From: a virus
Lineage: Duplodnaviria > Caudoviricetes
Reading direction: 5' to 3' (one strand)
Virus record (IMG/VR): IMGVR_UViG_3300021364_002910
Span: 1-58,226 of that record
DNA length: 58,226 nucleotides
Shown: piece by piece, positions 17,674-27,554 of the stretch
Position numbering within the stretch: position 1 is the first letter of the stretch
Layout of the letters: each line of letters opens with the position of its first letter
The notes under the pieces: generated by a model
Seen by the model: the letters and a program-made list of their open reading frames with translations, nothing else
What the model was told of the DNA's origin: nothing
Database searches by the model: none
Translations under genes and position numbers: made by a program

Positions 17674-19174
17674 TGTTATACCAAAAGTTTTTTAATTCAG
17701 GAAAAGTTTGTAGGAAGTCTGTGTTCCTTTTTTGGTCATATTGTTTAAAAAATTTAACAAAATTTTTCCGATTAACTGATTTATTAGAATTTGATTTTTG
17801 AAAATATTCTAAATTTCTTCTACATTTATTAATTTCAAAATCATAAAATCCTTCAAAATTAGATGTATCTGAGTTTTCTTCCATAAACTCAATAGCATCA
17901 ATAAAATATTTGTCAAAATCATTTGGTAGTACCAAAATATTCATCCATTCTGGGTTGCGTAAAAGTGGAATATCAAACCAAATTCTTTGTTTAGGATGGA
18001 CTTCATAATCTGGATGTTTATAATAAGGATCGTGGATCGGAATTTTTTTGATTCCTTGTGCATCTTTATTATACTTTTTTCGCAAGTCTAAAACAAATTT
18101 TAAAAATTCTGTAAATTTAGGCAAACTTAATGCATTAAATGTATTAATAAAAGTTAAAGTGGAATTGAATGTTTGTTCTAAATAACTGTTTACATTTTTT
18201 TCTAATACAGAAAAATTTAAACCATCTCTAATATATTCCGCTTGCTTTCCTACACTATCTAAACTTACAAATAATGAAAAATTCTTAAGAGAAGGATTAA
18301 CATACCAGTAATTACCTGAACCAGGATTGAATTTATTTTTATCTTCCCAAATTTGAATTTCTTCTAATTTTTTAATTTTTCCTAAAAATTTATCAAATAA
18401 AGTATGTGTAGGAGGACACAAGTTAGTAGTTATACTTAATTCTAAACTTATATTAGGATTATTGTAAATATAATCTAAAATTTCAAATGTATTATTATCA
18501 ACTAATGGTTCTCCTCCTGTAATTCTAAAAATTTCTAATTTATTATAAAGTTCAGGCCACCATTTCCAAAATGCTTGTAAATATGGATTATCAGCTTGTT
18601 TCATTTTTTTTGGTAATAAATTTAACTCCGATAACGCATTTAGATTGTTATGCTTTACTAAATTATTTGTACTATCAAATACTTCATAATCTCCGTATTG
18701 ATAAACATGATCTTCCCATGCTGTACTAAGATGAGGACTACAGTACATACACTTTAAGTTACAAGCTTGATTAAAATTAATTTCTAAATATCTTGGTTCT
18801 ATATCACCATCTGCTAATACATCAAAAATATCATTCCTAGAATTCTGTGCCCAGTATTCGCCAGACCTATAAATACGATCGCTTCTATTTCCAGTGTCTT
18901 CAATATTCCAACAGTATGAACAGCCGCTAGGCCGTACGCCCTTTAACATGTCTGCACGTTCTGTTTTTTTCTGATTAGTATTATGTAATGCTTTAGGATT
19001 ATCTTTTATTTGATTTAAATCAATTTTATGTAAAGGAGGATGATAACAACTATGAGTCATACCGTTAGCTAAATTTATACTTGATTGTGTCCACTTAGCA
19101 TAACACATTGTTTTACTTATTTTATTTAATTGCGATTCTGCTATATCTGCAAATTTATCATATTCGCTTTTCAT
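17666..19174 (-). CDS. Radical SAM protein with variant N-terminal Fe-S module (CxAKW...HSCYHP type)
   Basis: CYAKW...HSCYHP...CSYCW, then CNLKCMYC and TGGEP. Confidence 0.9.
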   Translation of the reverse strand: MKSEYDKFADIAESQLNKISKTMCYAKWTQSSINLANGMTHSCYHPPLHKIDLNQIKDNPKALHNTNQKKTERADMLKGVRPSGCSYCWNIEDTGNRSDRIYRSGEYWAQNSRNDIFDVLADGDIEPRYLEINFNQACNLKCMYCSPHLSTAWEDHVYQYGDYEVFDSTNNLVKHNNLNALSELNLLPKKMKQADNPYLQAFWKWWPELYNKLEIFRITGGEPLVDNNTFEILDYIYNNPNISLELSITTNLCPPTHTLFDKFLGKIKKLEEIQIWEDKNKFNPGSGNYWYVNPSLKNFSLFVSLDSVGKQAEYIRDGLNFSVLEKNVNSYLEQTFNSTLTFINTFNALSLPKFTEFLKFVLDLRKKYNKDAQGIKKIPIHDPYYKHPDYEVHPKQRIWFDIPLLRNPEWMNILVLPNDFDKYFIDAIEFMEENSDTSNFEGFYDFEINKCRRNLEYFQKSNSNKSVNRKNFVKFFKQYDQKRNTDFLQTFPELKNFWYNNV

Positions 19175-20061
19175 ATTCCTTTAACAATGATATTTGATAT
19201 TTTTTCCATAACTGTTGAACTAGGGTGCATAATATCTCTTGCAAACGTTTCATTTATATAATCTACATCTTTGCTATCTTGAAACGTTTCCTTGCCCACA
19301 GTATCCACTGTTGAATTTGTGAGATAAGTTACATCACTAAAAATACTACAAGTAACTAATTTAGTCCTATCTTTACACAAAGCTTGTACTGTTTGATTAA
19401 GATGATATAATTTTACTGCTGTATGGATAGGTGACGTGAAATTTGTTTTATAAAAATTATTGATATTTATTGGATACGCCTCGGTATATGTAACCTCTGA
19501 CTGTTTATTATAAATTGGTTGTGTGCTTACATCCCATGGTCCATAATAATGCTCTTCGTGTGACCCATAAAATGTAATTCTATCATTTGCAGTATAATTA
19601 ATTATTATCATTTTTGGCATTTCAAAATTATTAATTATACATACTAAATTTTGTAAAATTTTTTCGTTTCCTGCAGAAGGAACGCCTAAATTAATAACAG
19701 GCATATCTAATTTCTGTTCAAGGTAGTATGCTAAAGTTTCGTCGTCATCTAAACCTACTCCATATGTGATACTACATCCTAAAAGAACAGCTGAATTTTT
19801 CCAATCTATATCTGCCCATTCTTTTGTTCTATAACCACTTTTATTAAGATTATATGTTATATCTTTTTTATAATATTTCCATCTGTTTCCAAATTTTTTT
19901 GCATTTTTTTCATAAAGTTCGACGTTATCGCCTCTATGCCATTTTATCGATCCGCCATTTGTATTAGGCAAAAAACCAAAAGGATGGTCTTTTGAATCTA
20001 TATATTTAGGCCATTCGAATGCACCTTTTTCGAAGGAAGGTTGATATTTATTTATATTCAT
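19171..20061 (-). CDS. SGNH/GDSL-like protein
   Basis: NKSGYR, LGCSITYGVG, NLGVPSAGN, RDIMHP. Confidence 0.68.
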   Translation of the reverse strand: MNINKYQPSFEKGAFEWPKYIDSKDHPFGFLPNTNGGSIKWHRGDNVELYEKNAKKFGNRWKYYKKDITYNLNKSGYRTKEWADIDWKNSAVLLGCSITYGVGLDDDETLAYYLEQKLDMPVINLGVPSAGNEKILQNLVCIINNFEMPKMIIINYTANDRITFYGSHEEHYYGPWDVSTQPIYNKQSEVTYTEAYPININNFYKTNFTSPIHTAVKLYHLNQTVQALCKDRTKLVTCSIFSDVTYLTNSTVDTVGKETFQDSKDVDYINETFARDIMHPSSTVMEKISNIIVKGI

Positions 20062-21031
20062 TGTTGTAAAACCATTCTGCTAATAATTTATGACTTTTTT
20101 TAGAAGGATGAGCACATATAGTCAAAAAGCCGTTAGGCGTACCTTTATGTAATATATTCAAGAAGTCAAATGACGACCATTCTTCAGGTTCTTGTTGCAG
20201 AATAAAATCTGCGTAATTACTAGCACCATTAGGGGTTACAAAGCAATCCCAGGGATATTCATTAACCATATGCAAATATTTTGATTTTTTTCCTTTTACT
20301 CGGTTTTCTAAATGATTGTAAACTGGACCTAATGTTTGTTTAAAATGATCTTTCGTAAAAAAAGGATTGAATGCAGGCAAAATCATAAACTTACTATTTT
20401 TAAAACTTTTAGATATCCATTGCAAATGCCTTGTATAAAAAAAAAGATCAATGATTGCTCTTTTTTCATTATATGTCCTTGCATACAAAGCACATAAACT
20501 ATGATATAAAACAGATACTCTATCTTTTTTACTAGGTGGATGCGGCCATAATGTCCAATGCCAAAAGTTATTAGATTCATCTACTGTTGGATAATATCCT
20601 CTAGACACATCTGTAGGCATAAAGATTATATCTAAAGTTTCTATACTTCCCCAATCTATTCCAATTATATCTGCATACCTTATAGATGATGCATTTCCAC
20701 AACCAGGCAAACCAAAATTTAACGGAACATAATCATTATTCAAATATTCTTTAGTAAGAATAGAAACAAAAGAATTATCATTTTCTTGTACAAAAGACTC
20801 TTCAAAATAATATCCATCTTTATAATGGCCAAACTTTCCCCTGTACTGATTTATGTATGTTTGATCTAATAAAAATGCACGCCTTGCACCTACCATTTTT
20901 GTAGGAAATTGATCCATTACAGGATCATATGCTCCTTGTCCTGCTGCCCAACTACAACCATAAACTGCAATAGCTTTCTTTTTTAATTTTAATTCTCTAT
21001 TTATAGCATCTATATCAATAATCATAGTCAT
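20048..21031 (-). CDS. SGNH/GDSL-like protein
   Basis: YGCSWAAGQG, NFGLPGCGN, CAHPS. Confidence 0.62.
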   Translation of the reverse strand: MTMIIDIDAINRELKLKKKAIAVYGCSWAAGQGAYDPVMDQFPTKMVGARRAFLLDQTYINQYRGKFGHYKDGYYFEESFVQENDNSFVSILTKEYLNNDYVPLNFGLPGCGNASSIRYADIIGIDWGSIETLDIIFMPTDVSRGYYPTVDESNNFWHWTLWPHPPSKKDRVSVLYHSLCALYARTYNEKRAIIDLFFYTRHLQWISKSFKNSKFMILPAFNPFFTKDHFKQTLGPVYNHLENRVKGKKSKYLHMVNEYPWDCFVTPNGASNYADFILQQEPEEWSSFDFLNILHKGTPNGFLTICAHPSKKSHKLLAEWFYNNEYK

Positions 21032-22328
21032 TCTCTACAATGGTTTTTATTTTATTATAAATTACACTGTTCATTCTAAATCTTTTTAAAATTAGATCTT
21101 GATTAAACTGCAAAATAGGCATACAATTTTGATAAAATTCTAATTTTTCTTCTTGGCTTTTTTGACAAAAATCCTTTAAGACTGTAATAATTTTATCTAA
21201 TCTAGAAATGTCATCTAGATTATCATAAGATTCGTCAATAAAAGATTCAAAAGTTTTATAACCTAATTCTTTAAGCCTTTGCAAACTAAATTTTGCTCCA
21301 TAAATTATAAAAGGATGTCCGCATGCAATCGGTTTAAATGTTTTTTCACTCAAAAAACCTGTTTCTGCTGCGGTAAAATAATGTGCTTCGCTAACAACTG
21401 TTAACCAAGAATGACACATTATTTCAAAATTTAACTCTTGTATTAATTCACCATTATGAGGACTTGTAAAAAGATTTTCTTTATTTTGGTAATATTTAGG
21501 AATAATAGGCAATAATTTATTCAACTCTCTTACTCTTTTTTCTTCACAATAGATTGGAAAATCTTTAAAATAATGTATAGATTCGTTTGGCAATTTATTC
21601 ATAGAATTTATACCTTTATCTAACAACTTGTTTTCACTTAATTTGTCAAACAAAAAAACTCTATGACCTCTTGCTCTTTTTTGTAAACAATTATAATCTT
21701 TTATACTTTGTAAACGTTTTGCTTTATAAGATAGTTGTTTATTTATATTAGTAATCCTTTTACGATTATTATGCGTTGTTAATATAGAAGAAATATGTGT
21801 TTCAAAAACTTCGTACACAATAACATGCATCTTGACTTTTAAATCAAATTGACTATACCAAGCTTTATAATTTTTTGGTGCATTGAAATCTCCAGTAATA
21901 TAGATAATTTGCTGAATCGGAACGTCATATTTATTCGCATTTGTATGCATCCATTCCCAAAGCCAACTTTCGTGACATCCTTCATGCGATTGATCTAACA
22001 AAAGAAACGCTTTACCTTTTTGTAAATCTTGTATATAATCTTTATTCAAATACTCAAATAAAGTTTTTTTATTATCTTTTGGTCCTTCTGTCCAAAAACT
22101 AGGATCATGTGCTACACCTGTTGATATAACATAAGGTCTATCATATAAAGGAGTACAAGAAAAAGTAGGATCTATACTTCTATCTTTAAATAATGTTTTG
22201 TTTAAAGTTAAGGCATTAACTAAAGGACTTATTGGAAATCTAGGTATACCAGACGTATTTAAATCATCACATTTAATAAAATTTTGCAAACCATTCTCGT
22301 CATCTATTTTTTCAAAAATAAAATGCAT
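21015..22328 (-). CDS. Putative GT-B glycosyltransferase (GT10/fucosyltransferase-like C-terminal motif)
   Basis: R..HR, VVSEAH...FLSEKTFKPI.CGHPFI.YG...LGYKTF..IDESYD resembles the GT10 ENS...Y.TEK motif. Confidence 0.55.
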   Translation of the reverse strand: MHFIFEKIDDENGLQNFIKCDDLNTSGIPRFPISPLVNALTLNKTLFKDRSIDPTFSCTPLYDRPYVISTGVAHDPSFWTEGPKDNKKTLFEYLNKDYIQDLQKGKAFLLLDQSHEGCHESWLWEWMHTNANKYDVPIQQIIYITGDFNAPKNYKAWYSQFDLKVKMHVIVYEVFETHISSILTTHNNRKRITNINKQLSYKAKRLQSIKDYNCLQKRARGHRVFLFDKLSENKLLDKGINSMNKLPNESIHYFKDFPIYCEEKRVRELNKLLPIIPKYYQNKENLFTSPHNGELIQELNFEIMCHSWLTVVSEAHYFTAAETGFLSEKTFKPIACGHPFIIYGAKFSLQRLKELGYKTFESFIDESYDNLDDISRLDKIITVLKDFCQKSQEEKLEFYQNCMPILQFNQDLILKRFRMNSVIYNKIKTIVENDYDY

Positions 22329-22329
22329 C

Positions 22330-23331
22330 TTACAATAATTTATTTTTCCAGGTTAAAGGAGTTTTGCTGTTACATATTTCAATTGGATATGCATAATCAA
22401 ACTTTTTTACGCCATTGTGTGTAATATAATCTATTGTTTTTTGTATAGCTGTATCTAGATCTGTTTCTGTTTTATAGCCTAAAAGCTGCCTTGCTTTATT
22501 AGAGCTGCACAATGCTATTTTTACTTCTTGTGGTCGATCAGCAACATGTTCAGGCTTTAAATTGCTATTCAGCAAATTTAAAATTTTATTTGTAATAATA
22601 TTAATCGATACTTCTTCTTCATCCGGTCCAATATTAAAAATTTCATTTTTAATTTCTTTAGATAAAATTAATTTTTCTAAACAATTTACACAATCTGTTA
22701 CATAACTAAAACATCTTTTTTGTTCACCATTACCGTAAACAATTGGTGGTTTACCTTGCAACACTCTGTTAATCATAATACTTATTACATTCCTATAAGG
22801 GTCATTATAACGTTGCCTAGGTCCGATTATATTATGTGGCACTGCTATATTGTATTCTAGATTATGAACTTTTGCTAAAACTTTTAAAGTATCTTCGACT
22901 GCAACTTTTGCAATACCATAAGGATCTACAGGAGCAGGAATTAAATCTTCAGTAAAAGGTGTTTTACTGTTACCATAACGAGCCATTGAAGAGCAAAAAA
23001 CAATTCTCTTAACTCCTTTATTTATTGCTGCAGATATAACAGACAACGAAGCTTGATATATATTTTTAGTTATAAAATTTGGACTAAAAACACTAAAACC
23101 TTCATGAGCAGTTGCAGCAGCATGTACAACTACATCTATATCGTCTATTATTCCTAAAATTTTGTCAAAATCACAACAATCAATTTTATGAAACTCTACA
23201 TCTTTAGGTATATTATCTAAACTACCTCCTATGAGATTATCATTTCCAACTACATGATGGCCTAAACTAAGCATCCTGTCTGCAATATGACTTCCTAAAA
23301 ATCCTGCCACACCAGTAACAAATATCTTCAT
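22330..23331 (-). CDS. NAD-dependent NDP-sugar epimerase/dehydratase (extended SDR)
   Basis: TGVAGFLG, HAAA, CSSMARYG, YGIAK. ATG 23331 has a GGAG RBS and an ATGA overlap. Confidence 0.92.
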   Translation of the reverse strand: MKIFVTGVAGFLGSHIADRMLSLGHHVVGNDNLIGGSLDNIPKDVEFHKIDCCDFDKILGIIDDIDVVVHAAATAHEGFSVFSPNFITKNIYQASLSVISAAINKGVKRIVFCSSMARYGNSKTPFTEDLIPAPVDPYGIAKVAVEDTLKVLAKVHNLEYNIAVPHNIIGPRQRYNDPYRNVISIMINRVLQGKPPIVYGNGEQKRCFSYVTDCVNCLEKLILSKEIKNEIFNIGPDEEEVSINIITNKILNLLNSNLKPEHVADRPQEVKIALCSSNKARQLLGYKTETDLDTAIQKTIDYITHNGVKKFDYAYPIEICNSKTPLTWKNKLL

Positions 23332-24569
23332 GACAAGTCTCCTAATACTTTTTGTAACCATTCTAAACATTTGCGATGATTAACAGTAGCCTTTGCTATT
23401 TTCGTTGCTACAATATAATTATGCTCTGCTATTGGTTTACATTTATCTATTAATAGATTCATTTCAGCTGCAGATAATCTGTTTATCCTATAGATTTCTT
23501 TACTAATATATCTCATACGAGTGGCATTATCTAATTTACTATCATATCTTTCATTTATCAATGGCGAAAAAGATTTAAAACCTAGTTTTTTAAAATCTAC
23601 AAAAAAATTAGGGGTTGAAACAATTATAAAAGGTTTTTTTAATAAAATCGGTTTAAAAACTTTTTCTGTAATAAATGTAGCAGAAAGCCTTTCCGCTGTC
23701 ATATCTTCAATACCTGGCCACTGTATGTACCTTTTTTCTAATGGATCATAATGAGATTCTATACAGATATGAATATTAGCATTTTTTAACATATCCCATA
23801 CAAAATTATTATATTTTTCAGTTCTATACAAAGTATCATCTTCTGCTTTATAAGGTAGGTTTTCTAACCACTTGAGAAAACCAGAAAGTGGTTTTCCTTT
23901 GATGATTTTGCTATAATCTTCTATTATACTATCTACAGGAACCGTTAGATTTTTTCCATCCAGATCCCAATGATAAGGCATTATATTTTGAAATGTAAAA
24001 TAACTTTCTGGTAAAATATTATTTTTCCAAAGTTTATAATAAAATTCTAATCTCCATAACTGGTAATTCCTAGAAAAAACAGAAAATTTCTTTGTAGGTA
24101 AAGGATCTACATTTGCATTTTCTTTTAAATAGTTTTTAGCTGAGTCTAAAGCTTTATGCAATAAAAAATTAGTAGACATGATATTAAAATTTGTAATTCC
24201 AAACTCATCTCTTAATGTTTTAATTGTCCAATGCTCAAAATTTTTATCTGTACAAACAATTAAAATTTTGTTTGTGGGTATATTGTATTTTTTTAATGGC
24301 TCTGCCCATTCCCTTATATTATACCAATTATAATATTCATCAGGAAAAAAAAACATAAGATATGTATTACGTCTATTTTTTAACAACTGCCATTCTTTTT
24401 CAGAAAAAAGTTGGCTTAATGTTTTGTTTCTTACAGCTTTATCATGCTGGTCACACCAAAACACTAGTTTCAAAGATTCATTTATATAACATACCTTAGG
24501 TATTTCTTTTACAAAAGATTTTTGTGGTAAATCAAAATGATCAGCACCTGTCGGGCTATAAAATATCAA
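23328..24569 (-). CDS. Putative GT-B glycosyltransferase (GT10-like; paralog of 21015..22328)
   Basis: ICIESH...FITEKVFKPI..KKPFI...LGFKSF..INERYD. Confidence 0.55.
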   Translation of the reverse strand: MIFYSPTGADHFDLPQKSFVKEIPKVCYINESLKLVFWCDQHDKAVRNKTLSQLFSEKEWQLLKNRRNTYLMFFFPDEYYNWYNIREWAEPLKKYNIPTNKILIVCTDKNFEHWTIKTLRDEFGITNFNIMSTNFLLHKALDSAKNYLKENANVDPLPTKKFSVFSRNYQLWRLEFYYKLWKNNILPESYFTFQNIMPYHWDLDGKNLTVPVDSIIEDYSKIIKGKPLSGFLKWLENLPYKAEDDTLYRTEKYNNFVWDMLKNANIHICIESHYDPLEKRYIQWPGIEDMTAERLSATFITEKVFKPILLKKPFIIVSTPNFFVDFKKLGFKSFSPLINERYDSKLDNATRMRYISKEIYRINRLSAAEMNLLIDKCKPIAEHNYIVATKIAKATVNHRKCLEWLQKVLGDLS

Positions 24570-25227
24570 CTGGGATTCCTTTTTTATCTTTATAATACAA
24601 ACTTCTATGAGGAATTACATTCTTATTTGAATTATTTTTATAAAAAAATAATCTAAATGTAGTTCTATTTTTAATTTTTACTTTATCGTATCCATGTAAA
24701 GTATTTTCAGAGTGAGAAAAAAGTATACACCTGTTAAATTTAGGTGTTACTGAATACAATAATTCATCATTAATATTGTAAAAATTTAAATTACCACCAT
24801 ATACTGACTTCCAGTCTTCTGTCAGATAGACTATTAAAGAATACGCTCTTTCTAATCTTAATTCATCATTCCAATTAAAATCAACGTGTGTTTTTAATTC
24901 TTTATTTAACGGTGTTTTACTATATCCTGCACCAATCAAATATGGATCGCAAATCAAATAAGGAATTCTCACAAAATTTGACATTTCTGTTAAAAATTTT
25001 TTGCTGTGGCATAAATTTACAAATTCTTGAGCATACTTACAATTTTCGATTTGATTATACTCTAACATTAAACTGTCATTTCTGTCAAACTTTTTACACG
25101 TATCTTCATTAATAAGCATTAGTTCAGCATACATGTTTTTAATTAAACTACTACAAAAAAAATCATCTTTATAAAATATAACTTGCTTAGTAGGCAATAA
25201 TATTTTCACAAAATTATTAAAATCCAA
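24556..25227 (-). CDS. 2OG-Fe(II) oxygenase (prolyl-4-hydroxylase-like)
   Basis: HVD...YL..DW...YGG.L...PKFNR..LF...HG...R (HxD...H triad plus 2OG-binding Arg). Confidence 0.85.
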   Translation of the reverse strand: MDFNNFVKILLPTKQVIFYKDDFFCSSLIKNMYAELMLINEDTCKKFDRNDSLMLEYNQIENCKYAQEFVNLCHSKKFLTEMSNFVRIPYLICDPYLIGAGYSKTPLNKELKTHVDFNWNDELRLERAYSLIVYLTEDWKSVYGGNLNFYNINDELLYSVTPKFNRCILFSHSENTLHGYDKVKIKNRTTFRLFFYKNNSNKNVIPHRSLYYKDKKGIPVDIL

Positions 25228-25263
25228 AATACATAATCCTTGTTATAACTATGTATTTATTTT

Positions 25264-26628
25264 TTAATGAACAGACTGTTTACATAGATTAAAGAACGAT
25301 TCTAATTCAGGAAATGTAGAAATAAAATTTGTATTTCTACGCACATCATATTCTGTAAACCAATTATAAAAATCTCTCCTACCTTCTAAAATTATTTTTT
25401 CTTCATAAGTTACATTAGCAAAATAATTTCTAACCCGCCTAAATCTTTCATATTCTAAATTAGAAAATTTAGTTGTATCATTATCATCGGTATTATTTTT
25501 AATATACTCTAATATATTATCAAAATATGGTAAAAATTCAGTCTTTGGCAATATATGCATATCATATTGCAAAGGTTCTTTTAAATATGGTGTGTCAAAT
25601 CGAATTCTACGTCTATCTTTATGATAAAATTCTTTCCTCCATTCTAATACTTTACTTAAAAATTTTTCAAAACTTGTTACACTTAAAATATTAAAAGTAC
25701 ACATTATAGAAAGATTACAAGGAGTTAATCGTAAATAATCTTTCATATTTTTTTCCCATAAAGATATGTCTAAACCTGTCCGTATATATTCTGCTTTATT
25801 ATCATAAGTATCCATGCTAGAATACAATTTAAATCTTTTAACACTCCCATTTTCTATCAAAGTATTAACTATTTTTATTAAACGTTTTACTAGTCTATTA
25901 GAAACTCCTAAATTACTATTAATATTAAGTTCTATATTTGGCCTAGGATTTTTTACCAAATAATCTAAAATTTTCCAAGTACTCTTATGTAATAACGGTT
26001 CACCGCCTGTAATTCTTAAAATATTTAATGTTTCTGATAATTTAGGCCACCATTTCCACCAAGCCTGGATATACGGATTATTATCTTCCTCCATTGGATT
26101 AAACCAATCTATATCTAAATTATGATTGTGTACACCAGGAACTTTACCAAATTTTTGAATTTCTGCATGATATGAACTACTTGCCATAGGATGACAGTAT
26201 CCACATTTAAAATTACACTCATTACTGAAAGCAATTTCTACATATTCAGGAGCAACATCAAAGTCCCAAGGATTCTCTAAAATTTCGTTTACTCTATTTT
26301 CAGTGTAAATGCTTTCATTTCTAATCATTCTATCACTAATGTGGTTATCACCTAAATCTTCAACATTCCAACAATATTGACATCCGTCGCATCTTACCCC
26401 AGTTAACATCTTTGCACGTTCTTTCTTTTTTTGTATTGTATTATGCAAAGCACTAGGATTATTTTCTATTTCTTCTAAGGGTATTTTATGAGGGGCTGGA
26501 TGATAACAACTATGAGTATCACCTGTGTGAAGATATATTGTTGTGTGGTGCCATTTAGCCAAACAAAATGTAGGACTAATTTTTTCTATTAATGAATTGT
26601 TTTTCCTAATTTTTTCTGTTTCGCTCAT
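25264..26628 (-). CDS. Radical SAM protein, CxAKW...HSCYHP type (paralog of 17666..19174)
   Basis: CLAKW...HSCYHP...CQYCW, then CNFKCGYC and TGGEP. Confidence 0.9.
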   Translation of the reverse strand: MSETEKIRKNNSLIEKISPTFCLAKWHHTTIYLHTGDTHSCYHPAPHKIPLEEIENNPSALHNTIQKKKERAKMLTGVRCDGCQYCWNVEDLGDNHISDRMIRNESIYTENRVNEILENPWDFDVAPEYVEIAFSNECNFKCGYCHPMASSSYHAEIQKFGKVPGVHNHNLDIDWFNPMEEDNNPYIQAWWKWWPKLSETLNILRITGGEPLLHKSTWKILDYLVKNPRPNIELNINSNLGVSNRLVKRLIKIVNTLIENGSVKRFKLYSSMDTYDNKAEYIRTGLDISLWEKNMKDYLRLTPCNLSIMCTFNILSVTSFEKFLSKVLEWRKEFYHKDRRRIRFDTPYLKEPLQYDMHILPKTEFLPYFDNILEYIKNNTDDNDTTKFSNLEYERFRRVRNYFANVTYEEKIILEGRRDFYNWFTEYDVRRNTNFISTFPELESFFNLCKQSVH

Positions 26629-26630
26629 GT

Positions 26631-27554
26631 TTATTCTGGATCAATTACTGCTTTAGAAATTCTAGCCGGATTCTGATATACTGATTTAAAAAACTTACTT
26701 TGATCTGAATTTAGATGTTGTCTACAAATAGGAATCTCTAAATGTTTTAGTATTTGTGTGCCTGTTAAATGTATTTGTGTTTGTATTTGTGTATGTGTCA
26801 TATTCTTATAATCATTTGCCCAAAGATTATTTAGATATTTAAAATCTCTCACATTTACATAATCCCAATCAGTACACATTGTTTTATACAAACCTTCACG
26901 AGCACCTAATATTGCCCATTCTCCATTTTCTACATCAGCTCCTACCATCAACCAAATATATAATCTATGAAGATTTTTCCAATGATTATTTTTAAATTTT
27001 TCTAAACTAGGCTTTACTCCTTGATCTAATGCCATTTTGACACCTTCTCTAAAGCCTGCTCTCCATGCTTGATGCGGAGTTGAATTGTTATATACATCTG
27101 AAAAACAAGAATTCATTTGAATATATTCTAAATCCCAGCAAAAATCTACTTGTGCTTGTAGATTGTTTACATCTGCATTTTCATGAGTCTTCATATTTAA
27201 AACAAATTCTTTAGGCCAACATTTAACTCCTCCATTACCGTACATGAGTCCATTTATAACATTATGACCGCACCAAGAAATAACTTTATTTTCTAATTCA
27301 ACATGTTCTTCAAAATCAATTTCCTGTGTTAAAAAATGTTCTCTTATACGATTGTCTCCATCTACTGTCACAAATCTATCAGTTTCGGATAGATTTGCAC
27401 AAGCTTTATGAGCTGAATCAGAACCTTCTACACCATGCACTCGCTTTGCCCAAGGAATTTTTTTACACAAATCAGTATAATTTTGTTCAGCGTTAGGCTC
27501 ATCATAACTTAGATAAATTACATCATAATCTAGTACTCTAAATTTTTTACTCAT
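26631..27554 (-). CDS. GT-A fold glycosyltransferase (paralog of the C-terminal domain of 16021..17673)
   Basis: YDVIYLSYDE...GVEGSDSAH...TVDGD (DxD)...YGNGGVK...AGFRE. Confidence 0.72.
   Translation of the reverse strand: MSKKFRVLDYDVIYLSYDEPNAEQNYTDLCKKIPWAKRVHGVEGSDSAHKACANLSETDRFVTVDGDNRIREHFLTQEIDFEEHVELENKVISWCGHNVINGLMYGNGGVKCWPKEFVLNMKTHENADVNNLQAQVDFCWDLEYIQMNSCFSDVYNNSTPHQAWRAGFREGVKMALDQGVKPSLEKFKNNHWKNLHRLYIWLMVGADVENGEWAILGAREGLYKTMCTDWDYVNVRDFKYLNNLWANDYKNMTHTQIQTQIHLTGTQILKHLEIPICRQHLNSDQSKFFKSVYQNPARISKAVIDPE

Noticed and set aside
20437-24353. A9 homopolymers (20437-20445, 24345-24353) as phase-variation tracts
   Set aside because: Both genes are in frame, and such runs are expected in DNA this AT-rich.
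684-26628. Assigning radical SAM genes to moaA, queE, nrdG, pqqE or viperin
   Set aside because: Lengths, auxiliary Cys patterns and neighbours do not match these families well enough for a gene symbol.
26750-26800. Short TQI-encoding repeats (GTATTTGTGT-like) in the glycosyltransferase
   Set aside because: Low-complexity coding segment, too short and imperfect to indicate a functional repeat.
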